DNA of 64,000 nucleotides from an uncultured Gemmatimonadales bacterium (lineage in GTDB: Bacteria > Gemmatimonadota > Gemmatimonadetes > Palauibacterales > Palauibacteraceae): positions 896,410 to 960,409 of the forward strand of contig CAWANJ010000009.1 of the NCBI GenBank assembly GCA_963783385.1, in the 5' to 3' direction. Shown one piece after another: positions 44,236 to 53,786 of this stretch. The notes beneath the pieces were generated by a model. That model did no database searches. It saw nothing but the letters and a program-made list of their open reading frames with translations, and was not told where the DNA came from. Within the stretch, counting starts at the first letter, position 1; each line of letters opens with the position of its first letter. Both the position numbers and the translations under genes were made by a program.

Positions 44236-45195
44236 TCAGGAAGCCCTGGCCCCCAGGGACCGGGTCAGGCTCTTGAGGTCCAGCTTCCCGGCGCGGTCGT
44301 GGATGGCCTCCTCGACCCTGGGATAGATCGTGTGGGCCTCCTGCTGGAACCGGGTGAACTGCGTCCTCAGGTCCTCGGCGCTCAGCTTCCTGCCCTGCGC
44401 GTAGTACTGGTCCGCGACATGCCCCAGCGCGTAGGTGGCCGCGAAGGTGATGGCCGCGCCGGTCGCCACCCGGGCCGCCCCGCCGATGAGGCCGCCGAGC
44501 AGGCCGCCGGCGACCCCGCCCAGCAGCTTGATCGCCACCCCCTCGATGGACTGTGCGGCCGCGCCCAGCCCCAGCGTCGCGGCCAGGTCTTTCACCTGGG
44601 ACAGGTCCAGCTTCTGGCCGTGGCGCTGGCCGATCTCGTAGACCATGCGGAGCTGCAGCGGGAGGATGGCGATGTTGGCCAGGTGGTCCGGGAGGATCTC
44701 GAGGGCGCCGGTGAGGATCGCCTGGTCGAGGATGTAGTCCTCGAGCTCCCCGTCGGGCGCGCCCGCGGCGCCCGCCTCCGCGCCCGGAGCGCTCGCCTCC
44801 GTGACCTTCCCGCCCTTCCCGGCCGCGGCCCCGGCGGACAGCCCGCTCGCCGTCTTGTCCAGCTCGGCCACGGTGGTGGCGTCCAGCCCGAGGGCATCCT
44901 GGAGGTGGTCGAGGAACTGTTCCTCCGCAGGGTTGGCGGGGCCGTCGGCGTGGCACACGGCCAGCGCCGAGGTATAGGCGGCGCGCCGCGCCTCCTCGCC
45001 TGAGAGACGTCCCGCCACGTCGGCGACCCGGAGCGTCCCGTCGCTCACCTGTTTGGCGAGCCGGCTGATGTCGGGGTTTCCGATGCGCTCGACGGCCTCG
45101 TGGACGGCCGCCTGCTCGGCGGCGTCGGTCTCGCCGTCCGCCTTGGCGGCCAGCATGGCGAGGGCGATCAGGGGTGCGTGGTCGGACTGGTTCAT
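44236..45195 (-). CDS. hypothetical protein: TerB-like N-terminal domain + Gly-rich membrane-associated C-terminal domain (DUF697-like)
   Basis: ATG (rc 45193-95), MNQSDHAPLIALAMLAAKADGETDAAEQ... The C-terminus has GLGAAAQSIEGVAIKLLGGVAGGLLGGLIGG. The longer ORF-track N-terminus (to 45471) is non-proteinaceous. Confidence 0.5.
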   Translation of the reverse strand: MNQSDHAPLIALAMLAAKADGETDAAEQAAVHEAVERIGNPDISRLAKQVSDGTLRVADVAGRLSGEEARRAAYTSALAVCHADGPANPAEEQFLDHLQDALGLDATTVAELDKTASGLSAGAAAGKGGKVTEASAPGAEAGAAGAPDGELEDYILDQAILTGALEILPDHLANIAILPLQLRMVYEIGQRHGQKLDLSQVKDLAATLGLGAAAQSIEGVAIKLLGGVAGGLLGGLIGGAARVATGAAITFAATYALGHVADQYYAQGRKLSAEDLRTQFTRFQQEAHTIYPRVEEAIHDRAGKLDLKSLTRSLGARAS

Positions 45196-45294
45196 GGCAC
45201 TGGCACTCGGCTTCGAAGGTGGACGGTCGGCTGCTGGCGATCTTTCAATATACGGGGCGGCGACCTCACCCACCTGCCCGCAGGGAGCGGACCG

Positions 45295-45312
45295 ACGTTT
45301 CAGCTGAAACGT
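45295..45312. promoter_or_regulatory. perfect 18-bp palindrome ACGTTTCAG|CTGAAACGT
   Basis: Seen in the sequence, in the 148-nt gap between the 3' end of 45344..45861 and the start of 44236..45195. The zero-loop symmetry suggests a dimeric DNA-binding-protein site rather than a terminator. Confidence 0.4.
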
Positions 45313-45343
45313 GCGGAAGGCAGCGCCGGGACGAACGAACCGC

Positions 45344-45861
45344 TCACCCCGAGCAGGTCGGCCCGGCCTCCTTCTTCGGCCGGAAGTCCCTGTCCCTGAC
45401 CGCCTCGCTGGCGTGGCCGCTGCGGCCGTAGATGGCCGACAGGGTGCCGAGCTGCTGCACGCCGAAGTCATCCAGGCACCCGTCGATGAAGGCCAGGAAG
45501 TAGCCGTAGCTGCCGCTCAGGGAGATCGCGTACGTCCAGATCGTGATCCGGTGACCGTAGCGCACGTCCCTGAACGACAGGGGCGGCTGGTAGCGGTCCG
45601 GCGGGGCCCCCAGGACCGTCCGCACCCGCTCGATCGACAGGTTCCGCTCGAGCACGGCCTTCCCCAGCGAGTCGAGGACGCTGAATACGCGCGCCTCGAC
45701 GTCGTGGTCGCAGGGGCCCCCGGAGCACTGTTCCTTGTAGCTGATGGTGGGCAGGCCCCGGAGGACGTCGCGGGGAGAACTCTGCGCGAGGCCCGTGGAC
45801 GAACCGCCCACGAGCGCGGCGACGACTAGCGCGGCCGCGGCGAGCGTCCGGATCGCTTGCA
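45344..45861 (-). CDS. secreted Cys-containing hypothetical protein
   Basis: ATG (rc 45859-61) with a GGAGG RBS and signal peptide (LAAAALVVAALVGGSSTGLAQS). The ORF-track start at 46111 is too long. Confidence 0.5.
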
Positions 45862-45900
45862 TTCGCCCTCCTCGAGGGTACAGGTCACGCATGCGCCCCC

Positions 45901-46459
45901 CTACGACGGTCGCTGCACCGACAGGCGCATCTCCGTCAGGCCGCCGGCGCTCGACCTCACCTCCACCACCCTGAGCGGGGGCGAGACGATCTGTCCCGTG
46001 AACAGGGGGGCGCCCTCCGCCAGGATCACGGGCGCGATCGTCACGACGATCTCGTCCAGCAAGCCCCGCTCGTGGAACTGGGCCGCGAGGTCTCCGCCTC
46101 CCGCCAGCCACACGTCCCTTCCCGACGCCGCCTCACGCATGTCCTCGAACACGGGCGCCACGTCGCCGGACACGAACCGGATGTTCGCCCCCGGGACCTC
46201 GCGCAGCGAGCGAGACGTGAACACCCACGTCGGCTGCTCGTGCGGCCAGGCCCTGGGGTTCTCCGGATCCTCGTAGACGTGGTTTAGGAGGAGCCACTCG
46301 TACGTATGCGAGCCCATGGCGATCGCGCCCACGTCGCGGATGAAGGACCCGAAGCCCGCGCGTCCCCGTCATGTCGAATTGGAACAGCCAGTCCAGCGAG
46401 TGCTCGGGGTCCGCAATGTAGCCGTCCAGGCTCGCCGCCGTACAGTAGATGGTCTTCAT
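45901..46459 (-). CDS. dihydrofolate-reductase-family protein (RibD C-terminal-like, YwjB-type), one frameshift near 46330-46370
   Basis: N-terminus MKTIYCTAASLDGYIADPEHSLDWLFQFD (tail of ORF 46133..47125), then a frame switch into ORF 45901..46332 (IAMGSHTYEWLL...DVWLAGGGDLA...). GGAGG RBS. Confidence 0.65.
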
Positions 46460-46515
46460 CGTCCTCCGGCTCGTCGTCATGGAGCCATGGCCCGGGCTCG
46501 ACGGGATGCGTCCGC

Positions 46516-47514
46516 TCAGCCGGCGTTGTCCGGAAGCCGATCGAACAGCGTGCAGCGCCGGACGATGATCGCCGTGTCCGCCCGCCCCAGGGCCCGGGCC
46601 TCGTTGAGGGCGACCTGGCCCGCCAGGGCGAAACGATCCACGGCCGTCAGGTAGCTGATCCCCGGGACCGTGGGATCGTACTTCTTCGGGGGCGGCGCCC
46701 CCTCGATGGGCTCGAAGCGGGCCGCCCCGTGTCCGGCCTCGAACCGGGCTCGCTGGCTCCTGTCGCGGACATCCATGGAGAAGAGCCGGGCGTGCGCCTC
46801 CCGCGCCAGCTCCTGGCACACGGGATCGGGCGAGCGGCCCAGGTGCTCGATGGCCACCTCGAGGTCGTCGAGCGGGGCGCGCGCGACGCACTGGACCTCG
46901 AGCGTGGAGGGCCCCGCGTCCGCCGGGGAGTCCTTTGGCTCGTCCTCGTCCGGCACGGGCCAGGTGGACCGCACCCGGCAGTACGTGTCCCGGCTCTCGA
47001 GGCCGTAGGAAGTCGAGCCGCCGCTGTCGGCCTGGTCGTACTTCAGGTACACCCAGCCGGCCCGGAGGAAGAGCGAGTCCGCGAGCGACCCCTCGGCGTC
47101 CCGGTACTCGGTCCGCAGCGTGCATCCCGGGCGGCCCTCGTAGGCGGCGCCCTCCTCCCGCCGGGGCGTGGTCCCCGTGGCCCGCTCCACCCAGGCGGCC
47201 GCGCTGTCGCAGGCGGTCCGGAGATCCGCGTAGGAGGCCGTGGGCCGGGGCGGCTCCGGACCGGGCGGCGGCGACCAGGGCATCTCCCTGGCGTGCATGG
47301 CCGGGAGCCCTCCGCGCGAGCCGATGGCCCCGGCCACCACCGCGCCGGTGTCAGCCGGCCGGGCCGCCGCCCCCGCGGCCGGGACCGAGTCGGCGGGCCC
47401 GTTCCCCGCGCGCCGCTCCTCCCCGCCCCGTCCAGCGCAGGCCGGCGCCAGGACCGCGCAGGCGGCGAGGGCCGCGCACAGGGCGCGTCGAGGACTCCTG
47501 TCGCGAACGCTCAT
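46516..47514 (-). CDS. hypothetical lipoprotein
   Basis: ATG (rc 47512-14) with a GGAGG RBS and lipobox LAACAVLAPAC. The start overlaps the upstream gene's stop by 4 nt. Confidence 0.5.
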   Translation of the reverse strand: MSVRDRSPRRALCAALAACAVLAPACAGRGGEERRAGNGPADSVPAAGAAARPADTGAVVAGAIGSRGGLPAMHAREMPWSPPPGPEPPRPTASYADLRTACDSAAAWVERATGTTPRREEGAAYEGRPGCTLRTEYRDAEGSLADSLFLRAGWVYLKYDQADSGGSTSYGLESRDTYCRVRSTWPVPDEDEPKDSPADAGPSTLEVQCVARAPLDDLEVAIEHLGRSPDPVCQELAREAHARLFSMDVRDRSQRARFEAGHGAARFEPIEGAPPPKKYDPTVPGISYLTAVDRFALAGQVALNEARALGRADTAIIVRRCTLFDRLPDNAG

Positions 47515-48812
47515 GGTTCTCCGCCGCCTCCCCTCAGCTCCAGCGCCATGTCCTCGTAGTCGATCACGTATTCCTTGAACCCATGAAGGGCGTCCCTTCC
47601 CAGCAGGCACATCAGGTGGGGGTCCTGCCAGGACGGGAGGCTCGTGCGGACGTCGAGGCGGTCGAGCTCGACGGGCGCTCCGGCGACGCCCAGGGTGAGC
47701 CGGGGCAGCACCACCACGGGCAGCCTGCGAATTCCGCCGCTGCCCCCGACCTTCACGGTGTCGACGCGACCCACGCTGTTGACCCAGGACCGGTGAACCC
47801 GGTAGTAGGGCTCGAACAGGATCGTGGTGCCGGATCCGGTGTCGAGCTGGCAGGCCAGCGTGTCGAACCGGAAGGTGACGGAGACGAACGGCGTGTACTG
47901 GTGGAACGCCAGCGTGCCGGCCGCCTCCGACCCGAAGCTGGCCGGCACCGTGATCGTCCCGTCCGCACGGTAGGCCAGCGCGCCGAGCGCTCTCTGGACC
48001 GGAAATCCCAGGAGCCCGGTGATCCGGAGCCCGGGAAAGGTGAGCGCCGAGTCGGGCAGCACCAGGAAGACCACGTGACGGAGCATCGCCCCGCCCACCT
48101 CCACCCGGTCCGCCACGGCGACGTCCGCCCGCACCCGGAGGTCCGTCGAGGACCCGACCTGGAGGTTCGCGGGCCGGATCGCGAGCCCGAGGCCCTCGGC
48201 CTCCGACCGCATGAGCACGGAGAAGTTGGCGCCGCTGTCGAAGGCGTAGCGCCGGGGCGTCGAGTCAATGGACACGGCCACACCGCCGTGGTCGTCCGGA
48301 TGCAGCGTCCCGCCCCGGCGGGCCTCCACGCTCTGGGGCGGCACGTCGCGCAGGGCCTCGAGGAGGCGAGCCGTGTTCGCGAGGTCGCTCTTCCGGGCCG
48401 AGTCGGCGAAGGGCGACGCCATGAGCGCCCGGGCGTCCCTGAGGGCGTCGGCCCACCGGTAGAAGCGCAGGTCGTTCTGGTAGCGAAGCCGCCCCGCCAG
48501 ATAGCCGAGCGAATCCGGAAGGGTCGCCCCGGAGGCCTCCAGGCGGTCCAGGAGCGAGTCCGCGGCGGCCTCCCGGCCGAAGGCGTTGGCCACCACGGCC
48601 CGCAGGTAGAGCGCGTAGGGGCCCTCCCGGTTCCGCTCCGCCTTCAGATGGTCGCGGAGCCGGAAGTAGTCGTGCTCCTGCTCCAGGCGCAGGAGCGCGG
48701 AGCGGGCCGAGTCCGGCAGCGCCGGGGCCGGGCGGGAGCGCTGGCCGCAGCCGGCTCCGGCGCCGGTCAGCAGGACCGCCACCCCCAGCGCCAGGCCGCG
48801 ACGCCCCTCCAT
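47511..48812 (-). CDS. lipoprotein with retropepsin-like (clan AA) aspartic-protease domain; TPR-like N-terminal region
   Basis: Lipobox LLTGAGAGCG. Two Asp-Ser/Thr-Gly motifs (FDSGANFSVL and LDTGSGTTIL), consistent with a pseudo-dimeric or single retropepsin-like fold. The start overlaps the MT stop (ATGA). Confidence 0.55.
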   Translation of the reverse strand: MEGRRGLALGVAVLLTGAGAGCGQRSRPAPALPDSARSALLRLEQEHDYFRLRDHLKAERNREGPYALYLRAVVANAFGREAAADSLLDRLEASGATLPDSLGYLAGRLRYQNDLRFYRWADALRDARALMASPFADSARKSDLANTARLLEALRDVPPQSVEARRGGTLHPDDHGGVAVSIDSTPRRYAFDSGANFSVLMRSEAEGLGLAIRPANLQVGSSTDLRVRADVAVADRVEVGGAMLRHVVFLVLPDSALTFPGLRITGLLGFPVQRALGALAYRADGTITVPASFGSEAAGTLAFHQYTPFVSVTFRFDTLACQLDTGSGTTILFEPYYRVHRSWVNSVGRVDTVKVGGSGGIRRLPVVVLPRLTLGVAGAPVELDRLDVRTSLPSWQDPHLMCLLGRDALHGFKEYVIDYEDMALELRGGGGEP

Positions 48813-49530
48813 CAGGCGGGCCCTCCGGCTCGCGCCGTGAACAGTCCGCGGCCGATGAGTCCCTCCGGGTCGTAGTCGACCTCCGTGAACCCGGCCGCTT
48901 CGAAGCAGCGCTCCAGCTCCTCCCGGGTGAACAGCCCGAGCTCGTGCGTCTCCGTCATGTGCTCGATCCCCTCGCCGCGTCCGACCAGGTAGTGGAACTC
49001 GATCATCGAGAGCCGCCCGCGCCGCCCGGAGAGGCCATCCGGCACACCGTCACCTCCTCGGACTCGGCCGTGTGCAGGAAGACCCGGCCGGTGTGCCACG
49101 CGTCCGGCTCGATCCAGGGCTCGAGCACGACCACCCCGCCGCCGGCCAGGTGCGCGCGAAACCGGCGGAGCGCCCGCTCGACGTTCTCCAGCGTCTTCAC
49201 GTATCCGATGGAGCTGAACAGGCAGAGCACGGCGTCGTACCTCCTGCCCAGGTCGAAGTCCGTCATGTCCCCGCGGGTGAACGTGCGGTCCGGGTGCTTG
49301 CGCCGCGCCAGGCGCACGAAGTCCGGCTCGACATCCAGGCCGTCGACGTCGTAGTCGTGGTCTCGCGCCAGGAGCCGCCCGTGCTCTCCGGTGCCGCACC
49401 CGACGTCCAGCAGGGTGCGGGCGCCGGTATGGAGACGCCCGAGCAGCTCGGCGACCCGCCGGCTCTCGTCGGCGTAGTCCTTGATCTGCCCGTAGATCTG
49501 GTCGTACAGCTCCGCGGATCTCGAGAACAT
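48812..49530 (-). CDS. class I SAM-dependent methyltransferase, one frameshift near 49020-49040
   Basis: ATG (rc 49528-30). Motif I LLDVGCGTGEH. The C-terminal 60 aa (...IEFHYLVGRGEGIEHMTE...) are in ORF 48812..49399. Confidence 0.65.
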
Positions 49531-49582
49531 CGGGCGCTCCGGGGCAGGTGTGCGGTCCGTTCGGCGGCGCTCCGGGCGCCGC

Positions 49583-50787
49583 TCAGGGCTCCGCGGACGC
49601 CGGGCGTCCCGCCTCGCAGGCCCCGCGGGCCCTGGCCAGCCACGCTCCCTGCATGGCATCCATCGCCATCCCGTACCGCTCGGCGAGGCGGCCCCGGTTC
49701 CAGGCCGCCGACGAGTCGGCGTCCAGGGTCCGGTAGGCCGCTTGGAACCGGTCCAGCCCCCGGGCCTCCACCAGGTACTTCACGAAGGACCCGACTCCGC
49801 GTACTCGCTGGGGGCACGCTCGGCGCTCGAGCCAATGTTGTCCAGAGCGAGGAGCTCCTCCAACGGGATGAGCCGCGGCGTGCCCTCCAGGGCGCACACG
49901 GCCTGGTCGACCGACTTCCCGGGGGCGTTCAGGAAGGCGAGGGCGTCGCCGCCGAGCTGCTCGGTCACGTACACGGCGAGCCCCTCGCCGAGCGCCGGCG
50001 GCGGCGATCCGGCCGCGGCCGCCACGATGTGGGTGAGCTCGTGATAGGAGTCGAGCCGGACCGAGTCGTTGTAGACCTCGACCAGCGTGTGCCCGAAGGC
50101 CCAGCCCACCCCCTGGTGGCCGGTCTGCCGGAGCTTGGTGGCCCCGTCCGGATAGAAGACGAGCCGCACGCGGGCGGGAGGCTCCACCCCCACGAGCGCC
50201 GCAATGTCCTTCAGCGCCTCCAGGCGCGCCGCCGCGATGGAGTCCACGCGGCCCGCGGCCAGCGACCCTTTCCACGCGTAAATCTCCAGGGGCCCGCGCC
50301 TCGTCACCGTGAAGTCGCGCGCGGGATCGAACGCGTCCGGACTCGTCTCCCCCACGGGGAACGTCCGCCGGTAGTCCACCCGGTCGAAGGCGAACAGCCC
50401 CTGCTGGATCGGATGGCCCGGCCCGACCTCGACCCGCAGGGTGCCCTCGCGGCTCAACCGCCGGAACTCGTAGCGTCCCTCCAGCACCTTCTGCTCGCCG
50501 GGGGCGAGCTGGACCGTGAAGCGCGCCTGCATGTTCGGGAGCATCCACAGGCCCGGCACGGCCCGGAGGTCCATCACCGCCAGGACCGCCGAGTCGGACC
50601 GGTTGCGGACCGTCGCCCGCAGCGGGTTCTCTCCCAGGCGCGCCGTGTCGAAGGAGAGGGAGACCACCGACAAGGTCGTGTCGGCCCGGGCGGCCCGGCG
50701 AGTGACACCGGTTCGTGCCACCGGGAGAGCCGGAAACAGGGCCACGAGAGGCAGGAGCATCGCGGTCCTCGCGCTGGTCTTCGCCAT
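49583..50787 (-). CDS. secreted HExxH-motif protein (putative zinc peptidase), one frameshift near 49830-49860
   Basis: ATG (rc 50785-87) with a signal peptide (MLLPLVALFPALPVA). HELTH motif at ...RLDSYHELTHIVAA. The C-terminal roughly 80 aa are in ORF 49583..50548. Confidence 0.5.
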
Positions 50788-51002
50788 GGTCGGAGACCCC
50801 ATCGGTACGTGGCCGGGTTTTCGGATACGTCCCACGCGCGCAACGCGAACGGGCCGGTAAGAGGTTCCGGGGCCGGCCCGTTCGCCACGGGCAGGGCCCG
50901 GTTCACCGTACCGATCGCCTCATCGGCCCCGGCGCCGTTGTCGGCCGCCGCGGGGTGGCCTAGGGTCCATCCCACCGTGGACTCCCACACATCAGGGGCA
51001 TC

Positions 51003-53443
51003 ATGCGGCGATCGGCACGACAGGCCACGCGGCGACTCTCCCGGGCCATGATCCTCCTGCTCCCGGCCTGGGCCGGCTCGGCCTCGGGGGCGGTCGGCCG
51101 AGGCCCGGCGCAGCGGCCGCACGGACACCCGAATCCGCCCCCCTCGACGTCACCTACTACCGGATCCACCTGGCGGTCGACCCCGCCCGCCAGCACATCG
51201 CCGGACAGGTGACCATCGCGCTCCGCGGCGCCCCGGCCGCGCCCGACAGCGTGCGGCTCGACCTCTCCGACTCCCTGCGGGTGGCCGCGGTTCGCCGGGA
51301 CGGGCGGCCCGTCCCGTTCACGCACCGCGGCGGCGTCCTGGCCGTCCCCTCGGAGACGTCCGGCGGCGCCCGCGAGGTCCTCGAGGTCATCTACGACGGC
51401 CGCCCCTCCGGGAACGGCTTCACCTTCGCGCGGGGCCCGGACGGCCCGCGGGTCGCCAGCTATGGCATGCCCTACCACGCGCGGCAGTGGTGGCCCAGCC
51501 ACGACGTGACGGCGGACAAGGCCGACTCGGCGGACATCCTGGTCACGGTGCCGGACGGCCTCCTCGCCGTTTCCAACGGCCGGCTGGTGGGACGCAGCCG
51601 GGGGCCGGCGAGGACGTCGACCTTCCACTGGGCGGAGCGACACCCGATCTACCCGGACGTGGTGTCGGTGGCCATCGCCCCGTACGCCACCTTCTCGCTC
51701 TCGCACGTGGAGGCCGACGGGGACACCCTGCCCCTCCGGTTCTACGTGTTCCGGGAGGACTCGGCCAAGGCCCGCGAGGACTTCTCGATCCTCCCCGACC
51801 TCCTCGCCTTCTATGAGCGGCTGTACGGGCCCTACCCGTTCGCGGACGAGAAGTACGGGCTCGCCGAGTTCACCCTCCCGAGCTTCCGCGAGCACCAGAC
51901 GATCCCGAGCCTGGGCGCCGCGCGGATCACGGGGACGCACCGGTACGACTGGATCCTGGCGCACGACCTGGCGCACCAGTGGTTCGGGAACTCGCTGACG
52001 CCCGCCTCCTGGAAGAACGTGTGGCTGAACGAGAGCTTCGCGCAGTACTCCTCGCTCCTGTGGCTCGCGCACACGCGGGGCCGCGCCGCCTTCGACAGCG
52101 CGATCCAGAGCCTGGCCTCGCGCGACGTCCCCGGGCCGCTCGAGATCGCCGACACCACCAACATCCGGTCCATGTTCTCGGGGCTCACCTTCGGGAAGGG
52201 TCCGGTGGTCCTGGACCGGCTGCGGCGGGCCATGGGGGACAGCGCCTTCTTCCTGGCCCTCCGTCGCTACACCGCCCGCTTCGCCTACGGCACCGTGACC
52301 ACGCGGGACTTCCAGGAGGTGGCCGAGCGCGCCGCGGGCTGTTCCCTGGACGGCTTCTTCCGCGAGTGGGTGTACGGGCGCGGCACGCCCGACGACTCGG
52401 AGAGTCCCGAATCCTCAGCCGGACGACGGAGCAATGCGTTTTTTCGGGCCCACGCCGGAGAGCGCCCCCGCCTGCCGGACTCGTCCTACCACCAGTTCGA
52501 CTTCTGGATCGGCGACTGGGACGTGGTGAACCGCCAGCGCCGCCCGCAGGGAACCCAGTGGGGGGTCACCGGGCAGGCCACCGACCGCGTGCACGCGGTG
52601 GCGGGCGGGTGCGGAATCGTCGAGCACTGGCGAGGGACGACCGCCATGGGCCGGGTCCTGGGCTACAGCCTCCGGGCCTGGAACGCCGCCAGGAAGAAGT
52701 GGGACCTGGTCCTCCTGTGGCCCCAGCCGAACCAGCCCAGCTTCTTCACCCTGGAGGGGGCGTTCGGGACGGCCGCGGCGAGTTCTTCCGCACCGCCACC
52801 AACCCGGCCGGGAACGAGGTCCGGGTCCGCTTCACCTTCTCCGACATCACCCCCAACTCCCTCCAGTGGAGCAACGGCACCTCCCGGGACGGCGGGCAGA
52901 GCTGGTCCTCGACCTGGATCATGGAGTTCACCCGCAGGGACTCCGCGGCCGGCCCGCTCCCCAACGGCCCCACCACGGCCCGCGACCGCTGCACCTTCCC
53001 GAGATGCGCCAGATGGACGGGTGGCTCGGCGAGTGGGAGGGAGAGGCGGTCCTGGCCTCCGGCGACACCGTGCCCGCCCGGGCCCGGAGCTACGAGATCC
53101 TGGACGGCTGCGGCCAGGTGGACCGGATCGAGCTGGGCCGAGGTGCCGGTGCCGTGCGGGTCTACCGGGTGCGGACATACGAGCCCGATCCGGGGCGGTG
53201 GGTGGAGTACCGGCTGGACAGCCGGGACGGGGTGATCGACAGGCTGGAGGGCTCGGTGGAGGGCGACGCGGCGCTAATGGAGACGCCGGACGGCGCCGAG
53301 GGCGTGGGGAGCGCCGGGCCGTCCGCACGCGCTGGACCCGGATCGGGCCGGACGGCGTCGAGTTCGAGACGGCGGTTCGGCGCGGGGCGGGAGCGTGGAC
53401 GCCTCTGTGGAGGGTGACCCTGCGGCCGACGGAGGGCCAGTAG
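51003..53443 (+). pseudogene. M1-family peptidase (signal peptide; HDLAH variant of HExxH) fused or read through into tandem DUF1579-like domains; multiple frameshifts
   Basis: Signal peptide ORF 51003..51212, with a frame switch near the C6 run at 51140. M1 core GMPYHARQWWP, LAHDLAHQWFGNS and WLNESFAQY lie in ORF 51209... From about 52440 there are DUF1579-like signatures FDFWIGDW and WLGEWEG, spread over three frames. The P/S/T/G/R-rich middle of ORF 51209..53443 is a frame artefact. Confidence 0.6.
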
Positions 53444-53786
53444 GCCGCCGGTCCGACCCGCGCTGCGGCGGCCAGCCGCGACCCGCCCCCTCTCGATCCG
53501 TGACCCGCAGAGGGGCAGCGGATGCCGACCGCCACCCTCGCAATCGAGCCCGGCACCTGGCGTACGCTCGGCACTCTTGCCTCGACGACCCGGCCCCCAT
53601 CAGCTCCGACCCTCCCGTTCGCCTTGCCCGGCATCCGAGCGGGACTCTAGCTTTCGATTCCGCTTCCTGCTCGGCAGACAGGGGCGTCGAGATGCTCCCC
53701 ATCCTTCGACCTCTGCTCGTCCATTACGTGGCGCGCTGATACCCGAGCTCGCGGCCGAACCTCACCCAAGCCCGTGACGGTCAGCC

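Noticed and set aside
51487-53235. P/S/T/G/R-rich middle of ORF 51209..53443 and the alternative-frame ORFs inside it, considered as a mucin-like or collagen-like low-complexity protein
   Set aside because: It is a frame artefact. Three alternative frames each contain short stretches of real DUF1579-like sequence, which indicates frameshifts rather than a true low-complexity protein.
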